Assembly (NCBI RefSeq): GCF_006345805.1
Contig: NW_021833258.1
Span: 62,001 to 126,000, forward strand
DNA from: Octopus sinensis
Taxonomy: Eukaryota
DNA length: 64,000 bases
Reading direction: 5' to 3'
Position numbers and translations under genes: made by a program. Shown piece by piece: positions 26,601 through 39,760 of this stretch (position 1 is its first letter; every line of letters starts with the position of its first letter). The notes under the pieces were generated by a model. It was not told the origin of the DNA and did not search any database. It worked only from the letters and a program-made list of their open reading frames with translations.

Positions 26601-27949
26601 AATAAAAACGTTCAAACAATGTTGATTATTTCTAGGACACTGACATGTCTATCAACAAGAGTCATCAAAACATAGTTTGCCAATAAATAAAATAGAAATA
26701 AAAAAATAAATCTATCTAAATCTAGAATAGAAATATTAAAACAAACAGTAATACATAACAATCTAATTTGCCAATTTAAAAAGATCTTAAATTCGTTATT
26801 AAATACAAATAAACCCGACAAGAAGAGTATAGGAATTTTAATCATAAAAATACTCATTAACGTTAAAATGAGTGTCCTTCGAGAAATTGGATTTATTAGG
26901 CAAACTGTCACTGACGGATTGGAGAGAGTTGGTGACGGAATGAGTCACCTCCTTGTATCTACATTTCTCTCTCTTTGGCTGCCTATTCTCTCTCCTTGGC
27001 CAGTCTTTAGAGTTTCTCAAAATTCCTAAGGACCTTGTTAGCCCCCAATCCTTTCGTGGGGAAGTAAGGGATACTTGTGGGACAGTTACTGAAAACTTGC
27101 CGGATTTAGCCAAACTAAATCCACTTGCAGGGACTTTTGTGTGGTGCCGGGAATTGCATGTTTGTTAAAGTAGTGTGCATATTTGTGAGAAATGAAGACT
27201 GACTGCTTGCATATTCCTGGTTTGGTTGGAATAGTTATACTTGGTTTCCTGGCTGGTTTAATATTTGTTTAAAAACATCAATTAATTCTTCTTTGGTTGA
27301 TGCGTTCACAGCACTTTAAAATACACCACGTCAGCAAATATGTTTAAATTTTATTTATTTATCAAATAAATTTTAAGTTTGCTATACAAATAATCTAATG
27401 ATGACATTGAAGGAAATACGAATATTAATAAATAATAGAATTTTCAAAATCTTTTTCCCTTATAATTAGCCAATAATGTGAAACAAGCCCAAAATGATGA
27501 GGTCCTCTAAAAATACAACTTCTAACAACTCTCAGACTGTACCTCAAACCTGCAAATAAAGAAAGGTTGTATCTAAATTTGAGATAGGCAGATTTTATTT
27601 ACAAGATAATGCTTTCATTGAAGTTATTGGGTTTTGACTTTATTGGCGCTTTATCCACGCTTCCCCAGTCACAATAAACTCCCTCTAAAAACAACGTCAG
27701 TTTTCCTTGGTACTATGTTATAGGCATGGATATAAAACGGCCCAGTTGACAAATTTGACAACAAACTTGATGTCAGAATTTTCCGATACCTTTTCAATAG
27801 ACAATAATGAAAGAAAAAATAATAATTTTTTTTTTAAAATTTGATTGAGCTGATGTTAAAAACAACAGAACTCAAAATGGATGACAACGTAAACCCTACA
27901 CCCGATGTAGCTTCAAACATTATTTTAATTGAAACATAATTCTACTTGG

Positions 27950-28440
27950 ATATTTTAGGGCCGAAGGCTCCGGAGGTCTCGAAAGCCAAAAGGACAAAGG
28001 AATGCTAGGCAGCGAGAGGAGCCACTGTGTTTGTGTGCGGCGGGAAGCAAACACGCCATGCGTTGCTGGTCCAGTAGAAGCTGTGGCATGGAAAAAAGTG
28101 TCCTGTCCAGATCTCGTCGCAGTCCCTTTCTCAGAATATCTCAGAAAAGTTTCGGTGGCGGTCCAAAATTTTTGCAGGCAATCAGTCAGTAAATCCAGAG
28201 AGAGTTTGTTTAAGAGGACTAGAGCCTCTCGGATAAGCTGACGGCTTCTGGAAACTGAGGAGAAGTGAGCAAGTTCAGAACTGCCTCCGTGGACAATTTC
28301 AGGGCGGTTTCCATGGAAGATAGCATGGCAGGCAGCGGAGCGTTTATAGCAGTTTGGGCATATACTGCTTTTCATGAGGAAGAAGGCGATGTCGGGATCT
28401 AGTATCGAGGTCAGCCAGGGGCTATTACTTGAATCGATAA
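27950..28440 (-). mobile_element. Probable non-LTR retrotransposon N-terminal fragment (CRE-like)
   Basis: GC-richer island with minus ORF 27920-28456 containing CPNC..C..H; composition resembles the other CRE-like pieces. Confidence 0.3.
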
Positions 28441-28619
28441 ATTTTGTTTTTCCCAAATACGTGATTTTGAAGGAATATAGGCACGTGGAGTTTATTTTTT
28501 AGAGGTTTCTCAATTTTTAAAGAAAAGCTGTAAATAGAAAGAGGGAATCTTGTCTGGGAGATATAAAGTGACTGTTCGAGTCTTATTGTACATCAAGACA
28601 ATCTTTGTAGCTATTTATG

Positions 28620-28920
28620 TGCCTTCTCAAATGATTTTTATATTTTTAGAGCATTTAGATGTCTATAGAATATTCTAACGCATTTTTTAATAATAGTGCT
28701 CGAAATTTCGTCAGGGTTCCATTTCCTGCTGCATGAACATCGTTATGAGGATTATTGTGATTGGATAAATATGTCTTTATCCCACTCTCGAGAATCGAAA
28801 AACAGCCTTCGCATGGATTAAGTTCTACTCGCACGCCTTCAAACTTTGCTTGTTTTTTATGGATTGGAGCATTATCTATTTCCAAAATAACGTTAAGATT
28901 CACTCCTTTGCTTGCCCTTG
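28620..28920 (-). mobile_element. IS630/Tc1-like transposase fragment
   Basis: VILEIDNAPIHK...ELNPCEGCFSIL. Confidence 0.65.
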
Positions 28921-29949
28921 ATGCAAAAAGTGTCGAAATTGATGAAGAAATGTCAAAATTGATATAAAATCGTCAAACTTGAACTGAAAATGGTATAGTC
29001 GTGATATAATTGAGTATTTTGAGGATCTTCGCAAAATGAATCTTCACAGATACTGCCATGTCAAGACGTGAAAATACATCTCGAGGAATATCAGGACTCT
29101 GTGGCATGCATGCCCTTGGTGACGGAAGGACTCCTCTTGCCGACCATTGGATGTTCTGTGATGTCATAAGTTAACGGAATCTATGGAAATTCAATATGCT
29201 TTTAACGTATTTTATGTGATCGGTTACTTAGGGTGATTATGTGTAGAATACTGATTATTACGGCAATAATGTAAAACTCATTACTGAACTGGGAAGTAGG
29301 AACCCCCAAGACCGATGTCTATTCAAGTAGTTCCCAAGCTTTTAGAAAGCGGGGCACCCTAACGACATTTTCTTTGGCTTACGGAACCCATATATAGTTG
29401 TTAAAGTAGAAAAATCCACTTTCACAGAGATAATTCGGAGAAAACTGAAACAAAACTCTTAAAGCTTTGTTTTGCTATAATAGGATATTCGTTTGATGAC
29501 AATCACCCAGAACGAATCAATATTCTGCTTTAAATATTCAATCTTTAATGTTCTGTTAGTTAGTTGGAGTCCTCTCATCGTCAAATGGTCTTCGACCGGA
29601 AGGATACAAGATTGCCAATGGCCGGTTGGCACAGTGCTACCAATGGTATTGTGCTACCGGCTAAAAATGTCGAATAGTGCCACTCCTTGGTATTGTGAGA
29701 CCGATTCAATAAAATGGGTGCTTCCCGGGACATATAAGGAAAAAGATGTCCTTTTTATTAAATGTTAATGTTCTGTCACTTGACATAAACGCAAGTTCTA
29801 TCTCTTTTAATAATAGCCTGTTTCCAGTTATTTCGTACTCACAAATGGATTTCTCACGCATAGAGTTCAACTGATATGGATGGAAAATTATTTTCTGAAC
29901 CTAAAAATAATGACTCCAAATGATCACTGATTATGAAATAATTTGTGGA

Positions 29950-30488
29950 AATCGGCAGATAAATGGGGCTAAATCGTTTTATTTTCCAACAAGATTTGGC
30001 CCCCTGTCATAATTCACGGAGAACAAAACAATTTTTGGATGAGAAAAAATTGAATTATTAAATTGGGCACCACAATCACCAGATTTGAACCCAATTGAAC
30101 ATGTGTGGAGCTACATAAAGGAAGAATTGAGTAAAAAAAAGCTGCATAGTAAAAAGGATTTATGCAAAAATATCATAAAAATTTGGGACGAAATACCAAT
30201 GAAATTTGTGAGAAAATTAACTAAAGCATGCCAGGAAGAAGCATTGAGCTTTATAAGGCACACGGAGGACACATTAATTATTAATCATTTGACTTTTTTT
30301 CTAATCCGGTTTTTTTTACACAGAAAAAATTTAATAAAGTTATTTTAGCTGTACAAAAAGATTATTGAAAAATTATAAAAAGAAAAGTTACAAAGATTAT
30401 CATTATAAATTAAAAAAAGTCTAAAATTAAAAACAGAATATCAAAAAAATTAAGCATTCGAAAATCCGGTTTTTTATTACATGGAGTG
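29950..30488 (+). mobile_element. Tc1 transposon 3' fragment
   Basis: FQQDLAPCHNS, WAPQSPDLNPIEHVWSYIK; terminus ...ttacatggagtg followed by TA. Confidence 0.82.
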
Positions 30489-30559
30489 TAATTTCTTTAC
30501 ACTTCCTTTCTTGTAATATTTTATTTTTTTTATAAAAAAACTATTTTGTCCGTATAACT

Positions 30560-31562
30560 CAACAGATTTTTATTAAGGAAGTTATCCAACTTGTCTTGTA
30601 TACAAAAGTCGACAATTCGTATCTTAGCTAATACAAACAAATTAACATGTTTCCCTTCGAGAGCCATCTTATCTCAGTATGGAAAATCCAAACTGAATAT
30701 TCTGCATTCTCACAAAGTTTAAAATTTAAACTTTAAATAACTGTTTTAATTTCAATGGCATCATTTTGATATAACTGATAATTTTTACAACCATGTGCAA
30801 AGCAATAGTTCATAGCCAATAGTTTTTGAGACAAATGTTTCACGATGAAGAAAATGCGTGTGAAATACGTTTGAATTCATATTCTTCGCAACATAAACAA
30901 CCCTTTAGCATGCCCCGTCATTGCTGGGGTACCATCAGTGCAGATGCCCACACATTCATTCCAATTCAACTGTATAAGCTCGAAATATGAATTTATAAGA
31001 TTGAAATTTCATATTCCTTTGTTGTTTCGGACAACTCTGTTTAGCAAAAAAAACTTCAACAATGAATTTATCCTTCGTCCATATAGCAAACAAAAACAAG
31101 GAGTTGCAAAGCTAATATCTGAGCTTTTATCCACTTGAAACGCAAAATTTCAGATTTTTTTATCCGCCGAACCAAACTGGTTTCGACGTCATCAATAAAA
31201 TATTTTTTTATAAAAAGATCAGAATGGTTGGAGGAGCGATGAGGTGTAAGTTTCGTTGGAGCCATTGCACTATTCGCATGTTGTTCACCGCAAGAGTAGT
31301 ATAGCGCAATCCAACTCTCCAGTCCATGTGAAACCAAAGGAAATATAACTTTCGCCATACGATCTAGCTTTACGATATGCTTTTCGCAAGACTCAATTTA
31401 GACATGCGAAAATGAAAATTAAAAATCACAAGTTAATTTAAAAAAGAAATTTGAAATTTAGTTTTGTAGATAATAGAAACAGATAATGAAAAATTATTCA
31501 CAATATTTTAAACTTTGCGAAACCTCTAGAATTTTGTGTGGGACTCAGTTTGGGGAACACTG
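30560..31562 (-). mobile_element. Decayed Buster-type hAT (ZBED5/SCAND3-like)
   Basis: Minus strand YISFGFTWTG..CGEQHANSAMAPTKL (BED finger) and LNWNECVGICTDGTPAMTG. TIR tttggggaacactg ends at 31562, followed by ggctatag. Confidence 0.8.
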
Positions 31563-31725
31563 GGCTATAGAGACAAACCGTTTGAACAACATATACGTAT
31601 ATCATGACTGGGGCAACATTTTGTTGACTAAAAATACAAATTTCCCTTTAAAAGTCAATTTAATTGACCGTAAAATTTTAAAAATTGACTGAATAATGAC
31701 ATAAGAAATATTATTTATAACTTTA

Positions 31726-31870
31726 CAGTGCACGACAAAAGTAACCGGACAAGCCAGAATTTCCATTATTTTAGCCAATTTTAATGCTTTTTTAAAAAAA
31801 TAGCTTCTTATTAATTAAAATATTCATTAAATAATATATTTACTTTTTTAATTTTTCTTTTTTTTGAATA
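31726..31870. mobile_element. Isolated Tc1-like terminus
   Basis: ta-cagtgcacgacaaaagtaaccggaca. Confidence 0.45.
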
Positions 31871-31899
31871 ATCCATTAAATTTAAAGCACTTTCATATA

Positions 31900-32455
31900 T
31901 AAACTACTCTTATGAAAATTTAAAGCAATTTTGTACAGCATTTATCGAGTTATTAACAATCAGGTAATATTTTTAAGATTTCTATCATTTGTTAAGATTT
32001 TGTTTAAAATTGAAAATGATGCTCCACTGTCCACGATGTTACCTGCCATTCAATCAATAAAGAATAATCCAAAGATAAAATAAAATTTCTTCTTATTATT
32101 TTTGTGATACCATTAGAATTCATTCTTTTTTAACAATTTTTATTTCCATATGTCTTTTTTAAAATCCAAATTCTTCAAATAATTGTATGCTTTATTTATA
32201 GTAAAATTGTTCAATTCTATATCATCAACAAAATGTAATAAAGGTGAATATTGTGATATTATCGTTGTTAAATCTTTTAAAGTTGTTCGTTAAATAAACA
32301 TTCTTTCGCTCTTTTAATAATAAGCAAAGAATCTCCTTCTAAGAAAATGCATACTTGGATAACACTAGTCAGGTTTGTAGCATAATAAGAAACAGCTTTA
32401 AGCCATCTCCCCCATCTCGTAACTATTGGTTCTGGCGGTAATCCAATTTCTATCT
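31900..32455 (-). mobile_element. hAT-like (CGGBP-related) transposase fragment
   Basis: Minus strand LPPEPIVTRWGRWLKAVSYYA and a degenerate V(E)RSFSIL.KIL motif near 32000-32040. Confidence 0.6.
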
Positions 32456-32874
32456 AGAATTCTTCAATGTCTAACTCAGTCATCTTAATAAATAATGGCT
32501 AACAAATTAAAATTAATAAATAATGGCTAACAAATGTAAATGTCATTTAATATATAATAAAAAATGATTATTTTAATTTTAGTAATTATTTTAATTTGTT
32601 TATCTTTTTAAATTAATTAGGAGAAAAAAATTATTCAAATTTGTATTTGTCGGCGGCACACTAGAAATCATCTCGCGGCACACCGTTTGACAACCTCTGG
32701 ATTAGAATATAATAATTTGAGAGTACATTCCGCAGAAACCATATATGGAACAGCATCAATAATGAGGAGAGAAAAATTGTTTCTTTCAACATTAATTTTC
32801 CGAATATGTATCATTAATAATTTGATTGATGATAGAAGAATTTAGAGAAGAATCAATTTTTTCAAACTAGACAG

Positions 32875-34338
32875 TAGAGGTGCACCGATTAATCGGCCGA
32901 TAATCGGTAATCGGCATATCGGCCACTTTGCCGATTATCGGTAATCGGCAAAATCTGCCGATTATCGGTAATGTATTATTTTTCAGAAATACAATTGTAT
33001 ACAACAAACGTTAAAAAAACAAAATTTTTTTAAAAGAATCAATAATAAAGTCTAATGTTTTTAAAATTATATTGAAGGTACATCATCATTTCTCCATTCT
33101 CTGGCAAAAGTCTATTTCTTTTCGGTTGATATATATTCCTCCAGTGCTTAAAACTCTTTCGCTTTCTACAGACGAAGCAGGAGCTGTAAATATTTCAACG
33201 CCATTTTACTTAAGCGGGGAAATATATTCGTGAAGTTCTTCCACCACGTAAATATATTATCAGTTCGTGGTATTAAATCTAGCTCTAAATAATTTTGAAG
33301 TTCCGTCAAATAGCAATGTTGGTAATTTTTTCTCTATGACTTATTCGGTTAGAAGATGAAATTTGAGAAAATATTTCTTCAAATGTTAATGTTTCCGAAT
33401 TTTGTATTTTTTGTCAAAGAAATGGCATTTTCAGATAACTTCGTGTCAGGAAAATTACTATCCTTCATATATTTAACAATCAATTTTTTAATTCTTTCAA
33501 TCATACAGTCTTATGAAATTTTGTTTTAAATCTGGGATCCAATGTTGTTGTAATACATAGTGATTCGTTTTCAAAATAAAAGGTAAATCTTTTATCAATA
33601 GAGGACATTAATTTTCAATTTGTTTCTTTGATTTCATAAAATTCACAAGATTCTTTTGCCTTTTCAAGAAATAAAGAATTGTTTTGATTGAAGAATAATC
33701 ATGGAAGCAGTAGCACTCCTTTTGCTCGCTTCAATTGTTATTTCCTCAAATGGTTTCAAAATTTTAACAATTTTTTCTGCTGTTATCCCTGTATATCTGA
33801 TAATATTGAAAGATTATTATCAATTGCATATGTTACGAGAGCTTTTCGTTGTTCGATCACTCTCGATAACATGTAATAAGTAGAATTCCATCTGAATTAT
33901 TTTTGATTTATGATCGTCAATATTCCACATATTTTTCTTTTCTATAACTTGAGTAAGTGTTAACTGCTTCAATTGAGCAAAAGGTCGTTTTTTCTGTAAC
34001 ACAATTTGTTCTTCAGCTAATTGTTCACTATGATAAACCCTAAGATGATTTATCATATTAGATGTTGTAAATGTCTTTCGCGTTCGTCCTCCTCTTGATA
34101 TTAAAATATCGCATAATTTACATACGCAAAAAACGAATTATCGTCTGAGACATCAAAAAATTCCATACACGCTCGACATGTTAAACAAAATATTTAATTA
34201 CATTTTTAATAAAATAAATTACATATAAATATATTTTTATGTATAATATAATGGCCGATTAATCGGTATCGGTATCAGTGAAATTGGCCGATAATCGGTA
34301 ATCGGCAAAATCTAAAAATGGTTATCGGTGCATCACTA
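32875..34338 (-). mobile_element. hAT (Ac/ZBED1-ZBED4-like) deletion derivative with both ends
   Basis: TIRs tagaggtgcaccgat / atcggtgcatcacta, perfect 8-bp TSD ctagacag (32867-32874 and 34339-34346), atcgg subterminal repeats. BED finger (TTSNMINHLRVYH) and dimerisation motif (APASSVESERVLSTGG..RNRLLPEN). Confidence 0.95.
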
Positions 34339-35179
34339 CTAGACAGTTAACATATTTGTTTCTCCCAACTTCAGTTTCGTTTACAATCAAAAAAATTTTA
34401 ACAATTAAATTATTAAAATTAACTTTCACAATTCAAATTAAATTAATTCCTTCCTCCGCAAATTCGTGGTCAAATTCTTCATGAGCACTCACGATCCTCG
34501 GAACAGTTTAGCGATTTGGCTGAACATCCCATCGGTTAAAAAAATTAAATATTTTTAAAATTTTTACTATATTGTAAATAACTCTGAATTAAAATTACAT
34601 TTATTGACCCGAATCACGTCTCACAAATAACGGAAATTCAGAGTACAAAAGAACATCCGCTTGAAAATCGAAAATTGTCTTGAAAATAGAAATGAACTAA
34701 GAGATCAAAAAAGCAGAATCCTTTATGAAATAACAGTCCGGGTACGTTTAGTATGACGAAATACTTAGATGGAAAAGTCACCAAAATTGAAAAGCACTCG
34801 TCTCGGAGTCAAATGTTTATTGCTTTTGGATGTTTACCTGGGGTTTTCAAAACAGAAAAATATCGATATGGGAAGAATCGGAACACTTAATATTGGATGA
34901 TGGAAATATAAATTCTCTTTTATCCAGCTCGCGGAAGAAGTGAGTTTGACACTTATGTGTTGATCGATGAAATTCGTAATTAGACAAAAATAATAAATTT
35001 GAAATAGAGGAATTTCTAGAAAACTTCAATATTAATATTCAGAAAAACACAAAAATTGAAGATTCGATAATATGAACCGAAAATAAGTTATTTATAATAG
35101 TTGAACACAAACCAAGAGATAGCAACGAATTGTCAACTCTGATAGCCGTCACTTTTCTGCGGAAAATAAAATTTTATAA

Positions 35180-35800
35180 AAAAATTCAGTTACTCGCCAC
35201 TATTTTAAATTTTTTAGTTTAAGATAAGATTTAATCAAGATGAATAAAATAATTCCACATTTATTAACAATGCGGACGTGTACTCATTTATCTTTTGAGG
35301 AATAGTTGTGCAAAACATATTGAACTTTTTGGCTAATTTTTTCATTGTGCAACGAAAAGAAAAGGAAATTACTAGATTGTCTCAGAAAATTGAATGAGAA
35401 TATGGAATTTATGAATGATAAAAAAATTTAACATTTAAAAGATGGAGTTTCATTAACCTATTTTGTTTGGAATGAAGTCACAGAAAAAACTATCAAAAAT
35501 TGTTTCAGCCATGCTAAGTGGATTCCATGTGAAGAGCAAATTCAATCTTCTCACTATACGGATCGAATATCAATAATGCTTTCTTCAAATATGACTGGCA
35601 ACGATAAACTAGCACTATTCATTATTGGAAAAATCAAAAATCCTAAGTGCATTACAAATTTTAGCTACCGAAGTTCTGTAACCTATCATAATTTAAAAAA
35701 GCATGCCTGGATTTTAAGTTATTCATTCTTGTAAGAATAGGATATCAGTTTGGCAAAAGAAAAACGCAAATACTATTTTTAATTGACCTAATGTCCATCT
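35180..35800 (+). mobile_element. Scrambled Tigger fragments related to 23030-24419
   Basis: ttcagttactcgccactattt, atgcggacgtgtactcatttatcttttgagga and aaaaattgtttcagccatgctaagtggattccatgtgaagag match the reverse complement of the 23-24 kb element. Confidence 0.75.
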
Positions 35801-36609
35801 TACAAGATTTTTTAAAAAATTACAGTAAATTTTACATGTTTTTACATACATTGAGAAGTACTTTAAACAGAAGGATAAAGTTAATTTAAATGTGTTAAAT
35901 CATCTTGATGTGTTCAAGAATAAAGTTAATTTAAGAAGAAACATCAAAACAAATATTAAACACTAGCTCGGCAGCTCGCTTCGCTCACCGCGACCTAGCT
36001 CCTGCGGAGGGACTGTTTTCATCAAACACTATAAGTTTATGTAGATGTATAAACTACCTGGTTTAATGTAACCCTATTCTATCGCCTGTTGATAAACGAT
36101 GTTTGTCGTCCGTCCTTCCTTGGGCATATATGAATAAATTTTCTCTTCTGCCTACCCTCGAGCATCCCACATACAGCTGTCCATGTGAAAAGCACTCACT
36201 CTCTAAAAATAACCCACTACCTTTAATGACTGTCCCTGGGCCTTGTTTATTGTCATTGCAAACTTTTTTTTTCATTTTTTTGTGTCTATTTTTTTTATAT
36301 TTAATTTTTTCATTTTTTCCTTTGTAATTCCTTTTTTTTCTTTTTTTTTTTGTTGTTTTTACTGGCGGAATGGGGCAGGGGGAGATGCGGCAGGCAAGAA
36401 AAGCGACACACAAAAAAGATTTAATTAATTACCTTATTAAGCTGACCGTTTTTTCTTCAGCTTCGTTTTTCCTCCTTCGGTTATCTATTTAAAAAATTAT
36501 TTTTGGAATAATAAAAAAGTTTAGGAAAGAGGCATACCGAAAATAAATTCTATCTTTACGAAAAACTCAAGTAAATAGTTAATATTTTTACGCAAATTCT
36601 TCTGATTGC

Positions 36610-36820
36610 GCTGTCAATTGGTGGTAAATGTGTTAATGGTTGTGCTAATGTGGTTTCAACTATCAAAGTGTTTTTCAAAATCTGTTAATTGCACACTCTA
36701 TTCAAGGTCGTGCGTCAATTGTGGTAAAAATTGTGTTAATGATTGTGCTAATGTGTTTCAACATCAAAGTGGTTTTTCAAAATCTGTTAATTGCACACTC
36801 TATTCAAAGTCGTGCAATCT
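36610..36820. repeat. Two tandem copies of a ~101-bp unit inside the Helitron
   Basis: tcaatt(g)gtggtaaa...ttttcaaaatctgttaattgcacactctattcaa.gtcgtgc starts at 36614 and again at 36715. Confidence 0.85.
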
Positions 36821-37019
36821 GTGATTGCACATTCTGTCAAAGTCAAATATGATAATAGCTTTAATTTTGATTCATGGTCGATAATGAATATGCATTTAAT
36901 TTTAAAAGAAAAACATAGGATGAATTGAATTTCTTTATCGCGAATAATGGGGAGTTCATCATTGTTAATATTCTCGCTGTCGTTTTCATCAAGGATATTC
37001 TTAATACGTGAGATTTTTG

Positions 37020-39210
37020 CCTTGAAGGTTTTAATGGACCTCATCATGAATGTCGAGGACATTCGCGTTGTTCATTTTAATCAAAATGCAGAAAATAATT
37101 TTTGATTTTTTGGGGGGAGGGTTTAAGGACTTCATCATGTAAGTCGAGGACATTGTAGTTGTTCATTTTACCAAAATGCAGAAAATTTTTTTTTATTTTT
37201 TTTGGGAGGGAAGGTTTTAAGGACTTCATCATGTAAGTCGAGGACATGTAGTTGTTCATTTTAACCAAAATGCAGAAAATTTTTTTTTAATTTTTTTGGG
37301 GGGGAAGGTTTTTAAGGACTTCATCATGTAAGTCGAGACATTGTAGTGTTCATTTTAACAAAATGCAGAAAATTTTTTTTAATTTTTTTGGGGGGGAAGG
37401 TTTTAAGGACTTCATCAGTAAGTCGAGACATTGTAGTTGTTCATTTTAACCAAAATGCAGAAAAATTTTTTTTTAATTTTTTTGGGGGGAAGGTTTTAAG
37501 GACTTCATCATGTAAGTCGAGGACATTGTAGTTGTTCATTTTAACCAAAATGCAGAAAATTTTTTTTAATTTTTTTGGGGGGAAGGTTTTAAGGACTTCT
37601 CATGTAAGTCGAGGAACATTGTAGTTGTTCATTTTAACCAAAATGCAGAAAATTTTTTTTTATTTTTTTTGGGGGGGAAGGTTTTAAGGACTTCATCATG
37701 TAAGTCGAGGACATTGTAGTTGTTCATTTTAACCAAAATGCAAAAAATTTTTTTTTTATTTTGTTTGGGGGGAAGTTTTAAGGACTCATCATGTAAGTCG
37801 AGGACATTGTAGTTGTTCATTTTAACCAAAATGCAGAAAATTTTTTTTTAATTTTTTTGGGGGGAAGGTTTTAAGGACTTCATCATGTAAGTCGAGGACA
37901 TTGTAGTTGTTCATTTTAACCAAAATGCAGAAAATTTTTTTTAATTTTTTTTGGGGGGGAAGGTTTTTAAGGACTTCATCATGTAAGTCGAGGACATTGT
38001 AGTTGTTCATTTTAACCAAATGCAGAAAATTTTTTTTAATTTTTTTTGGGGGGAAGGTTTTAAGGACTTCATCATGTAAGTCGAGGACATTGTAGTTGTT
38101 CATTTAACCAAAGCAGAAAATTTTTTTTTAATTTTTTTGGGGGAAGGTTTAAGGACTTCATCATGTAAGTCGAGGACATTGTAGTTGTTCATTTTAACCA
38201 AAATGCAGAAAATTTTTTTTTAATTTTTTTTGGGGGGAAGGTTTAAGGACTTCATCATGTAAGTCGAGGACATTGTAGTTGTTCATTTTAACAAAATGCA
38301 GAAAATTTTGTTTTATTTTTTTTGGGGGGGGAAGTTTTAAGGACTTCATCATGTAAGTCGAGGACATTGTAGTTGTTCATTTTAACCAAAATGCAGAAAA
38401 TTTTTTTTTAATTTTTTTTGGGGGGGAAGGTTTTAAGGACTTCATCATGTAAGTCGAGGACATTGTAGTTGTTCATTTTAACCAAAATGCAGAAAATTTT
38501 TTTTTAATTTTTTTTGGGGGGGAAGGTTTTAAGGACTTCATCATGTAAGTCGGAACATTGTAGTTGTTCAATTTAACCAAAATGCAGAAAATTTTTTTTT
38601 AATTTTTTTGGGGGGGGAAGGTTTAAGGACTTCATCATTAAGTCGAGGACATTGTAGTTGTTCATTTACCAAAATGCAGAAAATTTTTTTTTAATTTTTT
38701 TGGGGGGAAGGTTTTAAGGACTTCATCATGTAAGTCGAGGACATTGTAGTTGTTCATTTTAACCAAAATGCAGAAAATTTTTTTTAATTTTTTTGGGGGG
38801 GAAGGTTTAAGGACTTCATCATGTAGTCGAGGCATTGTATTGTTCATTTTAACCAAATGCAGAAATTTTTTTTTAATTTTTTTTGGGGGGGGAAGGTTTA
38901 AGGACTTCATCATGTAAGTCGAGGACATTGTAGTTGTTCATTTTAACCAAATGCAGAAAATTTTTTTTAATTTTTTTGGGGGGAAGGTTTTAAGGACTTC
39001 ATCATGTAAGTCGAGGACCTTGTAGTTGTTCATTTAACCAAAATGCAGAAAATTTTTTTTAATTTTTTTTGGGGGAAGGTTTTTAAGGACTTCATCATGT
39101 AAGTCGAGGACATTGTAGTTGTTCATTTTAACCAAAATGCAGAAAATTTTTTTTTTATTTTTTTTGGGGGGGAAAGTTAAGGACCTCATCATGTAAGTCG
39201 AGGACATCGT
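37020..39210. repeat. Tandem array of ~24 copies of a ~93-bp unit
   Basis: Unit ggaaggttttaaggacttcatcatgtaagtcgaggacattgtagttgttcattttaaccaaaatgcagaaaa(t)naa(t)n(g)n. Copies differ almost only in homopolymer length, and there are no spacers. Confidence 0.97.
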
Positions 39211-39760
39211 ATTGCCAATTTGAAGTTGTGTGCACACACAGACAGACACAGACAGAACACACCCATACCATTTTATTATTAAGAAGAATAAATGATTTTT
39301 TAAAGGAACTTTGTGTCTTCATTTTTATTAACTTAATTTTCCAATTGATTTTGTTGGTTTTTGCTGATACTCCAATTTGTTCTTTATTTTTAATTTAACA
39401 AGTCCCAACTGTTTTCTAAGAGTTTTTGCCTACGGTTCAAGACTCCTGCAAGTCTAGTGTAGATGACGATACCACATCCTTGCACTTTAATGTCAGGGAT
39501 TTCAGCTATATTTAATTATTTAGGTAATATTGACTGCTTCCATTAATAAGTATATTTAATTATCGCAGGGTCGTGGTCAGTCTTTTTTGTTTTTGCAAAG
39601 GAAAGAGTCTTTCTTATGTTAAAAAATACTTTCAGTAAAAATAAATCGTAAACATAATAATGGTACTTTGATCCTATTTCCCGATTAATGCCTCCTTAAT
39701 TTGATTAAATTCCTTAATATTTCTGACGTAACCCCTAAACCCAGGCATCAAAAAAATCTA

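Larger units (their letters stand above)
35963..39284 (-). mobile_element. Non-autonomous Helitron with Pif1 helicase remnant and internal satellite
   Basis: Minus strand begins TCTTAATAATAAAA followed by a GTCT/GT microsatellite. It ends ...ctaggtcgcggtgagcgaagcgagctgccgagCTAG|T, a hairpin with a GCGAAGC core and CTAG terminus. 36100-36230 encodes ECFSHGQLYVGCSRVG, the C-terminal motif of Helitron Pif1 helicase. Confidence 0.9.

Noticed and set aside
37020-39210. CRISPR-like or guide-array interpretation of the tandem array
   Set aside because: Units are contiguous with no unique spacers. Variation is homopolymer length and single-base indels typical of long-read error or slippage, and no cas or nuclease gene is adjacent.
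37077-39249. The many short MNNYNVLDLHDEV ORFs as real genes
   Set aside because: They are translations of the satellite with constantly shifting frames. They are kept only as a hypothesis about monomer origin.
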